This document shows, one piece after another, positions 1 to 7,904 of a stretch of 32,000 nt of DNA (position 1 is its first letter; the number at the start of each line of letters is the position of its first letter). Source of the DNA: Candidatus Saccharimonadota bacterium. GTDB lineage: Bacteria; Bacteroidota; Bacteroidia; Flavobacteriales; Blattabacteriaceae. The notes under the pieces were generated by a model that worked only from the letters and a program-made list of their open reading frames with translations, had not been told where the DNA came from and ran no database searches. Location: positions 210,001 through 242,000 of the forward strand of contig NZ_OZ034981.1 in assembly GCF_964030875.1 (NCBI RefSeq), given 5' to 3'. A program made the position numbers and the translations under genes.

Positions 1-265
1 GATTTTTAAATAAAATTAAGTGAATTAGCCAATACTCTCATAGTGTTGAAACTTTTTTTTGCTAACACAATGTTATTAGCTTTTCCAGAATATTTGTGGT
101 AAGACCTTTGGCTTGAAAAAAAGCAGCATTTATTAATGTTCTTTACCGGGAATATTCTATTCAGCTACGGATTTTTTAAAAACTGCCTCTCATGCTGTTG
201 TCCTATATAGATATTCCTTGGGCATACTATCGCTTTTTTTTAGAAGTATTGACAGGTTTTGGTTC

Positions 266-378
266 GGGATATTTCGACAGTCTTAGTGGACTGGGATATT
301 TCGACAGTCTTAGTGGACTGGGATATTTCGACAGTCTTAGTGGACTGGGATATTTCGACAGTCTTAGTGGACTGGGAT
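266..378. repeat. Perfect tandem repeat, 27-bp unit gggatatttcgacagtcttagtggact x4 plus 5 nt
   Basis: Counted directly: units at 266, 293, 320 and 347. It is in frame (GYFDSLSGL x4) inside the N-terminal ccoN fragment. Confidence 0.97.
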
Positions 379-890
379 TTTTCATGTTGCTAGGACGTGT
401 TTTTAAGATGATAACTTATCGTTATCTAGCTTTTGACAGAGATTATAAATCATTTAAGAATTCTTTCGGTATGTTAGGTTATGGACGTTGGAGAATGCTT
501 CATACTAATACCGTTGTTTTTGCTTTTGTAGTAAATATAATTTTTACAGGCTCTTACTATTCTTTACAACGTTTATTGAAAACAAGAATGTTCAGCGATG
601 GATCAATTTTTATGGATGGCAACTTCTGATTGTACTCACCTGGATTACTTATCTACTGGGAATAAATACCAGTAAAGAATACGCTGAACACGAATGGCCA
701 ATAGACATACTAATTGCTATAGTATGGTGTATTTACTACGGAAATATTATTGGTACACTCTTAAGAAGAAGAGTACAACATCTGTCTGTTTCAATATGGT
801 TTTTCCTGGGTAGCTGTTCTCGTATTGCACATTTATTGCGATTCCTATAGCTCTTAACTCACTTAATAGCTATTCTATTTATGCCGTAGT

Positions 891-922
891 GGTCCAATGG
901 TGGTATGGTCCAATGGTGGTAT
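891..922. repeat. Perfect 16-bp tandem duplication ggtccaatggtggtat x2
   Basis: 891-906 equals 907-922. It duplicates the codons of the conserved CcoN VQWWYG motif; 16 nt is not a multiple of 3, so it shifts the frame. Confidence 0.95.
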
Positions 923-1980
923 GGGCACAATGCTGTGGCTTTTATTTTGACCACACCGATACTTGGGTTGATATCCCTAGGTAAAGCCTGTTTTCTCTTA
1001 TAAATTATCTATTATTCATTTTTGGTCACTAATTTTCGTTTATATCTGGGCAGGTCCTCATCATTTAATGTATACCTCTCTTACCGGTTGGGCACAGATG
1101 CTCAATGGTATAAAGTAAGAGAGAATCCAATCCGAAAATTTTTATCAGTGACCTGCTATGGAATGGCTACTTTCGAAGGTCCCATGCTGGCTACTAAGAC
1201 ATTAAATTCCATCGTACATTTTCCCGACTGGATAATTTCACATGTAGGAACTTTGGTATGGAACGTCTTTATGGCATTTGGAGTTATCTATTGGCTAGTT
1301 AAGCGATTATATTCTCCAACATTAGCGAATATCCATTTCTGTATGGTAACTATTGGGATAATTTTTTATGTCATTCCGCTTTATTGTGGAGCTGTTATAC
1401 AAGCTTCGATGTGGAAAGAATTCAATCCGTACGGAACACTTGTGCACAAAAATTTTCTTGATACTGTAACAGCTATAGTTCCTTTTTACAAACTTCGGTT
1501 GATAGGTGGTATACTGTATTTTACAGGAGTTGTCATAATATTTATCCGAATCGTCCGATTTATCGCAAATGAACCTGCATAAGCTGTTTCTTTAAGAGAT
1601 AATTTCAACAACATAAACTTTAAAAATCATCCCTGGATCCCTAACAAAAACCAATTAAGTTTACTATATTATCTATCATTGTAGTATCTATTGGAAGCAT
1701 AGTAGAAATCATCCCTACGTTAATAATTTAGATCTACAATATCAAGTGTTAAACCTTATAGTCCTCTAGAATTATAGGGGAGAGATCTTTATATCCGTGA
1801 AGGTTGTATCACAGACCATTCATAGATGAAGTAGTACGTTATGGTGAATATTCTAAAGCAGGTGAGTTTGTTTCTTTGGGGTTACAAACGTACAGGTCCC
1901 GATTTAGTAGATCCCAGTTCTTGGCATTTAAAACATATGTCTAACCCTAGATCTACTTATCCTGGATCTATTATGCCGAG

Positions 1981-2086
1981 ATATCCTGGGTTGATATCCT
2001 GGGTTGATATCCTGGGTTGATATCCTGGGTTGATATCCTGGGTTGATATCCTGGGTTGATATCCTGGGTTGATATCCTGGGTTGAT
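1981..2086. repeat. Perfect tandem repeat, 13-bp unit atatcctgggttg x8 plus 2 nt
   Basis: Units start at 1981, 1994, ... 2072. The first unit is the native CcoO ..PRYPWL codons, so the array is seeded in coding sequence. Confidence 0.97.
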
Positions 2087-2339
2087 TTTCCGTCAGTTAA
2101 ATACGTAATATACTCTGATCAAACTAGGTGTACCATATACTGTACACAATCGCATAAAAATATGGCTGCACAGGCAGCTAAAATAGTGAAAAATATTTCC
2201 AATGAATCTCCTGATATTAAACATAAAATTTTATATGGTCCGTAAGTAAAAATCATACTACGATGAGATATTTCGTAGCCTCTGTAGAGATAAAAATCCA
2301 ACAAATTGCTAGTTATAAATAAAAACCGTAACAAATCCA

Positions 2340-2740
2340 CTATAGGAAAATCTCCTCAAGGAAAAAAAGTTCTTTGGTAAGAAGACTGATAAAAATTGTA
2401 ATCATTTATTAACCCAAAATGAAGGTGCAGCTATTTACTGTACACGTTTAGGAATTCACCACGAAAACATTTTTATGTGCGATAGCAAATTCGTTCTGTA
2501 AGAAAATATCTTTGGAAAAGGTGCATTACGTGTTTTCTACAAAAATGCTATTGGAGCTACTGTCCGCAGCGATTATCCTAATCAGTAACGTACATGTGCA
2601 GGCAAAATCTTCTGTTCCTGAGCCAGTTTGTAACCTAAGCGATTGATTACTTATGTAGCTAAGGCTCTAAGGCTGCTCGTCAAAGAATTGTTGATTGGTA
2701 AGCTTATAAAAAACAACTATTCAAGTAAGTAGAGACCAGA
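2340..2740 (+). pseudogene. Malic enzyme (NAD(P)-binding domain) remnant
   Basis: Translations read KIVI..EGAAIYCTRLGIHHENIFMCDSK (2421-2489; compare malic enzyme GAGAA...CDSKG) and ATVRSDYPNQ* (2556-2588; compare the RSDYPNQ motif). Stops and frameshifts lie between them, and most of the gene is missing. An 8-bp duplication ctaaggct x2 sits at 2659-2674. Confidence 0.5.
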
Positions 2741-2777
2741 TATCATCGTCATTTATATTCCCATATAAATTCTATTA

Positions 2778-4601
2778 ATGATTTTTAAAAAAATACTTGA
2801 ACAAGTTACGATATTATTTTCCGGGAATTCCGGTGATGGTATACAATTCATCGGTAGACAGTTTACTAACACTTCAGCTTTTCTCGGAAATAATCTTAGT
2901 ACTTTATCAGATTTTCCTGCTGAAATCCGTGCTCCTCGTGATACCATTGCAGGTCTTTCAGGTTTTCAAATCCACTTTGGAAGTGTAGAAATAACATCTC
3001 CAGGTGATTTATATGACGTCCTAGTTGTAATGAATGCAGCAGCGTTAAAGAAGAATTTTCCATTTCTTAAAAAAGGGGGAAAAATTATAGCCAATACTAT
3101 GGGATTTACTTCAAAAAGTCTGCAATTAGCAGGTTATCCCCCAGATGTCGATCCATTGAAAGAATTATATGATTATGATGTATATCCACTTGATCTTATC
3201 GTACATAGTCATAAACTACTAAAAAATTTGAACCTCAGTAAGAAAGATAAGGAAGTGGCTAAAAATATGTTTGCATTGGGTTTTATCTATTGGCTCTATA
3301 GTCGTCCTTTAGGATATACTGAATATTGTCTTAAACAGATCTTTAAAAAGAATACTCAACTTCTACAAGCTAATTTAAATGTATTTCGGGCGGGTTATAA
3401 TTTCGGAGAAATAAGTGAAACTTTTACAGAACGTTTTATAGTAAAATCATCTAATCTGCCTTCAGGTATTTATAGAAATGTTACTGGAAACCAATCTCTA
3501 ACATTAGGATTAGCTACTGCAGCTATACAAGCTGGTCTCAATCTATTTTATGCCGGATATCCTATAACTCCTGCTTCAGATTTGCTTAATTATTTTGCCT
3601 CTTACAAAAACTTGGGGATAAAAAGTTTTCAGGCAGAAGATGAGATTTCTGCAATTACTTCAGCTATTGGAGCTTCATATGCAGGTGATTTAGGTGTAAC
3701 TGGAACTTCAGGTCCTGGAATGGCTTTAAAACAGGAAGGATTAGGTTTAGCATTTATGCTGGAATTACCTTTAGTAATTATCAATGTACAACGTGGTGGT
3801 CCATCGACCGGGTTACCTACTAAAACTGAACAATCTGATCTTCTTCAAGCGATTTATGGATGTCATGGTGAAGTCTCTATTCCTGTGTTAGCTCCTTCTT
3901 CTCCTTCACGTGCTTTTACAGTAGCTTTTTACGCTGCAAAAATTGCTATAGAACATATGACTCCAGTTATTTTACTTAGCGATGGTTATCTTGCTAATGG
4001 TTCAGAACTTTGGCGTTTTCCAAAAAGCTATAAATTGGATACTATATGTCCACCTTTTTTAAAAAATTCAAAAAACTATCGTCCTTACCAACGGTCTGAA
4101 ATGGGGGTTAGGCGTTGGGTGAAACCTGGGTTGGCAGGATATGAACACAGAATAGGTGGCCTAGAAAAAGAAGATGAAACAGGAAATATATCATATGATC
4201 CTAAAAATCATGAAAAAATGGTGAAGTTAAGACAAAAGAAGATTGATTTGATTAAAAAAAAATGGCCTAAACCAAGGATAGATTATGGTAAAAAAACTGG
4301 AAAGCTTCTTATATTGAGTTGGGGTTCTACTTCCGGAATTGTTCGTGCTGCAATAAAAATCCTTTTAGATGAAGGAAAATCAGTATCACATACCCATCTA
4401 GAATATATTTATCCACTTCCTAATGGACTAGATACTATTTTGCAAAACTTTAAAAAAGTGCTGATTCCTGAACTTAATAATGGTCAACTTATTCATATTA
4501 TTCGGGATCAATTTTTAATTGATGCTATTCCGTTTTCGAAAATCCAAGGTATTCCATTTACCATTTTTGAAATTGTTGAAAAAGTGCGAGAGATTATATA
4601 A
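2778..4601 (+). CDS. korA: 2-oxoglutarate/2-oxoacid:ferredoxin oxidoreductase alpha subunit
   Basis: Intact 607-aa ORF. The N-terminus ILFSGNSGDGIQFIGRQFTNTSAFLGNNLSTLSDFPAEIRAP and the internal GYPITPASD..AEDEISA..GTSGPGMALK are typical of KorA-type alpha subunits. Confidence 0.88.
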   Translation: MIFKKILEQVTILFSGNSGDGIQFIGRQFTNTSAFLGNNLSTLSDFPAEIRAPRDTIAGLSGFQIHFGSVEITSPGDLYDVLVVMNAAALKKNFPFLKKGGKIIANTMGFTSKSLQLAGYPPDVDPLKELYDYDVYPLDLIVHSHKLLKNLNLSKKDKEVAKNMFALGFIYWLYSRPLGYTEYCLKQIFKKNTQLLQANLNVFRAGYNFGEISETFTERFIVKSSNLPSGIYRNVTGNQSLTLGLATAAIQAGLNLFYAGYPITPASDLLNYFASYKNLGIKSFQAEDEISAITSAIGASYAGDLGVTGTSGPGMALKQEGLGLAFMLELPLVIINVQRGGPSTGLPTKTEQSDLLQAIYGCHGEVSIPVLAPSSPSRAFTVAFYAAKIAIEHMTPVILLSDGYLANGSELWRFPKSYKLDTICPPFLKNSKNYRPYQRSEMGVRRWVKPGLAGYEHRIGGLEKEDETGNISYDPKNHEKMVKLRQKKIDLIKKKWPKPRIDYGKKTGKLLILSWGSTSGIVRAAIKILLDEGKSVSHTHLEYIYPLPNGLDTILQNFKKVLIPELNNGQLIHIIRDQFLIDAIPFSKIQGIPFTIFEIVEKVREII

Positions 4602-4609
4602 GGAGGATA

Positions 4610-6238
4610 TTATTGTTTTACTTTCTTCCAGCTCTCTTTAAGTGTTACAGTTCTATTAAAAATAATTCTTTCTTTATAAGTATCTGGATCTACGCAAAAG
4701 TAGCCTAATCTTTGAAATTGAAAAATCTGACCTTTTTTTGCTTCTCTTAAAGAAGGTTCTCCATAGCCTTGAACAACTTTTAAAGAATTTGGATTGATAA
4801 AATCAAGAAAATCTCGTTCTTTATTACCATCTGGTAATGGTACAGAAAATAAACGATCATATAATCTGACCTCGACTTTTATTGAATGTTCAGACGATAC
4901 CCAATGTAACGTTCCTTTTATTTTTCGTAAACTTTCTTTGGTATTGCTACCTGAGAGACTTTTAGAATCATAAAAAGAGTGAACTTCTATAATTTGACCT
5001 TCAGAATCTTTTATCACGCTAATTCCTTTAATAATATAAGCGTTTTTAAGACGAACTTCTCCCCCAATACATAACCGAAAGAACTTTTTATACCCTACTT
5101 CCATAAAATCCTCTCTCTCAATATAGAGTATTTTTGAAAAAGGAATATTTACAGATTTTGTCGGATAATTTTCAATAACGAGTTTTATAGGATCAAGTAT
5201 AACCATTACCCGTGTGGCCGTTTTATTAAGTTGTTTGCGGATGCTAAATTCAAGTAAAGAAATGTCAACTACATTATCCCTTTTAGTAACACCTATTTTA
5301 TTACAAAATTCTCGGATAGCTTCTGGAGAATAACCACGACGACGTAACCCACTGAGAGTTGGCAAGCGAGGATCATTCCATCCTGGAACATATTTTTTTT
5401 CTATAATCCGTTGTAATTTACGTTTACTCATAATGGTATAACTAAGATTAAGTCTTGAAAATTCACATTGTCTAGGTTTTATTTTACCGTCTTCATATAT
5501 CTGATCAAGATACCAATTATATAAAGGGCGATGGTTTTCAAACTCTATTGAACAAAGTGAATGCGATATCTGTTCAATATAATCTGATTGACCATGCGTC
5601 CAATCATAAGTAGGGTAAATACACCATTTTTGACCTATACGGTGATGAGATTTTTTTAATATTCTATACATAATAGGATCACGAAGATTCATATTTGGAG
5701 AGTTCATATCAATTTTTGCACGTAATACATACTGACCCTCTTCAAATTCTCCGGCTCTCATTCGTTCTAACAACTCTATATTTTCTTTTATAGATCTTCT
5801 CCTATAAGGACTTTCTATGCCACCTTCAAAAGGTGTTTTTCTTTGTGCTAGGATGACTTCTTGAGATTGTTCATCTACATAAGCTTTTCCTTTCCATATG
5901 AGTTTTTTAGCCCATTGATAAAGTTGTTCAAAATAATCAGATGCATAACATTCTTTATCCCATTTTAAACCCAACCAAAGAATATCTTTTTTTATAGAAT
6001 TTACATAATTTTGACCTTCTTTAGTTGGATTCGTATCGTCAAACCGTAAATTGATAGACGTCCCGTATTTTCTACTTAGTTCAAAATTTAGACAAATTGC
6101 TTTAGCATGACCTATATGTAAATATCCATTAGGTTCAGGTGGAAAACGAAATCGTAAATTCTCTCTAGAAAAATATTTTTTAAGATCATTTTCAATAATT
6201 TCTTCAATAAAATGCTCAGGAACATGTTCATTCATATT
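4610..6238 (-). CDS. glnS: Glutaminyl-tRNA synthetase
   Basis: Carries the class-I HIGH motif (PEPNGYLHIGHAKA) and a KMSKS-like IMSKRKL. The start is placed at MNEHVPEHFIEEII (ATG at 6238), because the first 27 codons of the track ORF overlap the tmRNA 3' end. Confidence 0.93.
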   Translation of the reverse strand, partial: NMNEHVPEHFIEEIIENDLKKYFSRENLRFRFPPEPNGYLHIGHAKAICLNFELSRKYGTSINLRFDDTNPTKEGQNYVNSIKKDILWLGLKWDKECYASDYFEQLYQWAKKLIWKGKAYVDEQSQEVILAQRKTPFEGGIESPYRRRSIKENIELLERMRAGEFEEGQYVLRAKIDMNSPNMNLRDPIMYRILKKSHHRIGQKWCIYPTYDWTHGQSDYIEQISHSLCSIEFENHRPLYNWYLDQIYEDGKIKPRQCEFSRLNLSYTIMSKRKLQRIIEKKYVPGWNDPRLPTLSGLRRRGYSPEAIREFCNKIGVTKRDNVVDISLLEFSIRKQLNKTATRVMVILDPIKLVIENYPTKSVNIPFSKILYIEREDFMEVGYKKFFRLCIGGEVRLKNAYIIKGISVIKDSEGQIIEVHSFYDSKSLSGSNTKESLRKIKGTLHWVSSEHSIKVEVRLYDRLFSVPLPDGNKERDFLDFINPNSLKVVQGYGEPSLREAKKGQIFQFQRLGYFCVDPDTYKERIIFNRTVTLKESWKKVKQ

Positions 6239-6284
6239 GAATTTATATTTATAGTTAGAAATATAAACATGGGGATATTTATTG

Positions 6285-6648
6285 TGGAGTTGGCGGGATT
6301 CGAACCCGCGTCCATACAAGTAATTTGTAAGATTTCTACATACTTATCTCCTCTTGTAAACCTACAATAGAAGAGGAGCATTCTATTGAGGAATTATCCT
6401 TTTAGTTTTCAAAGGTTTCCTAGCTTTATTTTACGGTACCTCTTAATCATAAATTATAAAGCGGAATTTATGAGAGATATCTTGCTTCGGCAGATTATGC
6501 CGACGTGGCTTTAAATTTTTACTTAAGCAGCAAGAGCATAGTTTTCTTCGCCGGTTATATTTTGTGACGCTAGATTTTCGTGTTTACCTCACGTTACACG
6601 GTATGCTTACTTACTTATTAAGCTTGCTGTCAAAACCATTTCAACCCC
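6285..6648 (-). ncRNA. ssrA: tmRNA (SsrA), one-piece, about 364 nt
   Basis: The minus strand starts GGGGTTGAAATGGTTTTGACAGC (6648 downward). It ends GGACGCGGGTTCGAATCCCGCCAACTCCA (T-arm, acceptor, discriminator A at 6285; CCA not encoded). The acceptor pairs GGGGTTG/CAACTCC with the G3:U wobble. The tag frame ggc gaa gaa aac tat gct ctt gct gct taa encodes GEENYALAA* (6552-6523). Confidence 0.95.
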
Positions 6649-6833
6649 TTATAATATATACTACATTTACTGATGATAAGGAGGCTGGAGTGAAACGTCA
6701 TTCCACTCTTAACGAGGCAGATCAATGATCCTAACGCTTGGTGAAAGCAGGAGTAGACGTTATTACTTTGTATTGGTAACTATGACTATAAATGCTTATC
6801 CCCACAAATTACTGCTATTCTTACGGATAAAGC

Positions 6834-6859
6834 TATTGCTGCTGGTTATTGCTGCTGGT
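6834..6859. repeat. Perfect 13-bp tandem duplication tattgctgctggt x2
   Basis: 6834-6846 equals 6847-6859. It duplicates the AIAAG codons of the IMPDH-like remnant and shifts the frame. Confidence 0.93.
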
Positions 6860-6923
6860 TCTAATTGTGTTGTATGGAACTTCTTAGGCTGGGTGGGTAG
6901 CGTGCCGGTATTATATTACCAGT

Positions 6924-7053
6924 AATAAAGTCATTCATCGTCCAGCTTCAATAAAGTCATTCATCGTCCAGCTTCAATAAAGTCATTCATCGTCCAGCTT
7001 CAATAAAGTCATTCATCGTCCAGCTTCAATAAAGTCATTCATCGTCCAGCTTC
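6924..7053. repeat. Perfect tandem repeat, 26-bp unit aataaagtcattcatcgtccagcttc x5
   Basis: Units at 6924, 6950, 6976, 7002 and 7028, all identical. Confidence 0.97.
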
Positions 7054-7171
7054 TATAGTGAAATTCTATTGCTATCGCTTTTTTACGAGGGAGGAGGTAA
7101 CGCTTTCTGAATTTTTTTCAGCTCTAACTTTGTAGATACTCCAGAAGAAGTGGTCACTAGATCCATTGGTT

Positions 7172-7478
7172 ATTTGAAGTCGGTCGCTTTATCGCGTTAA
7201 TCAAATGAGGAAAGTCCGGACATCATAGAGCAACACAAATGGGTAATTCCCTTACACTGCAAGGTGAGGACTAGTGCAACAGAAAGAAAGTACAGTTTGG
7301 CTGTAGTGAAATTAGGTAAACTCTGTGCGATGAAATGCTATGTAGACCGGCGTTTAAGATCTGCTCGGTCGTAGTCGGTGGGTAGGCAGTTTGAGATAGA
7401 TGGTCACATTTATCCTAGATTAATGATAAAGGTTCCTAGGGGGATACAGAATCCGGCTTACAGGCCGACTTAAGTTAT
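7172..7478 (+). ncRNA. rnpB: RNase P RNA (bacterial type A), unusually short at about 295-305 nt
   Basis: Contains GAGGAAAGTCCGGAC (7207-7221), AGTGCAACAGAAAG, GGTAAACTC and ACAGAATCCGGCTTA (7446-7460). The closing helix pairs aagtcggtc (7177-7185) with ggccgactt (7463-7471). Only about 30 nt precede the P4 5' strand. Ends are uncertain by about 15 nt. Confidence 0.9.
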
Positions 7479-7499
7479 GTTCTTCAGCTATACAACCTG

Positions 7500-7880
7500 T
7501 TTTGGTAAAATAATTTCTTCAGATTGTATACTTATATTTGAGCTGCTTACCAAACTAAATGTCCTGTAGCTATACAGAATTCGTAGCTTTTCCATGCCAG
7601 TGATGCGTACCACTCATAAAGTCTACACCATAGTAGTGTGTAATATTAAACAGATAGGTTTTATCACGTATTCAAGGACATTAAGGGCATCACTGTTAAT
7701 CTATAGTAGCATATACGTGTTTATAACCAGCATAAAGCGCTTCAGCGCTGCCTACCAAAAGTTACTATATATTTGCTTGATAGCTACAGACAGACCTTGT
7801 ACTGATGCTACTAGGTAAACCTTAATGTGTTTAATTTAGACACGTCAGACTGTAAGCTTAGTAATAAAACAGTGCTACAG
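7500..7880 (-). pseudogene. PLP-dependent class-V aminotransferase / cysteine-desulfurase-like remnant (tentative)
   Basis: Minus-strand fragments read DALNVLEYVIKPICLILHTTMV (7691-7626) and YYGVDFMSGTHHWHGKATNSV (about 7635-7575). They resemble class-V ..le..i.pkTkLv.ithvSN.. and ..vDF..fSgHK..GP.G.G. Stops occur in every frame. Confidence 0.3.
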
Positions 7881-7904
7881 CTCCTAAGGATGTACAATGA
7901 TCTC

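Larger units (their letters stand above)
30..2230 (+). pseudogene. ccoN: cbb3-type cytochrome c oxidase subunit I/II fusion (CcoNO), fragmented across all three frames
   Basis: CcoN-like pieces: GRWRMLHTNTVVFAF..YYSLQRLLKTRMFSD (ORF 192-629), SKEYAEHEWPIDILIAIVW (from 671), VQWWYGHNAVAFILTTP (about 885-960), [35 protein letters not shown] (993-1110), YGMATFEGPMLATKTLNSIVHFPDWIISHV (ORF 1022-1582). CcoO-like pieces: VKPYSPLEL*GRDLYIREGC (1750-1807), KRTGPDL, SWHLKHMSNPRSTYPGSIMPRYPWL (to 1993), LGVPYT (about 2125-2140). The heme-c CxxCH site reads CITDH (1805-1819). There are many stops and frameshifts, an internal deletion after WAQMLNG, and three tandem expansions. Confidence 0.9.
6660..7172 (+). 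pseudogene. IMP dehydrogenase-like remnant (tentative)
   Basis: Fragments in different frames: RLVKAGVDVITL (6735-6770), LSPQITAILTDKAIAAG (6796-6846), LNFFQ, and TPEEVVTRSIGY (7138-7173). These resemble the IMPDH motifs AGVDV..ID, GVPQITAI, KAIAAGA, RYFQ and VPEGVEGRV.YKG. Only about 0.5 kb of an expected 1.5 kb remains, and two tandem arrays lie inside it. Confidence 0.4.

Noticed and set aside
192-1582. Track ORFs 192-629 and 1022-1582 as separate functional genes
   Set aside because: They are consecutive fragments of one CcoN homolog. The intervening conserved segments lie in other frames with stops, so this was called as a pseudogene.
2119-2340. 73-aa minus-strand ORF. Also other antisense or shadow ORFs: 2753-2947, 2797-2988, 6725-6925, 7594-7818, 8512-8736, 17120-17368, 20664-20864, 22335-22565, 22952-23134, 26803-27015, 28782-28967 and 30105-30314.
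   Set aside because: Each lies antisense to or out of frame within a well-supported gene or gene remnant, is low in complexity, and has no recognisable motifs.
6239-6319. N-terminal extension of the glnS track ORF (MYGRGFESRQLHNKYPHVYISNYKYKFN)
   Set aside because: It overlaps the tmRNA 3' end: GRGFESRQLH is the translation of the T-arm and acceptor sequence. The canonical GlnRS N-terminus begins at the ATG at 6238.
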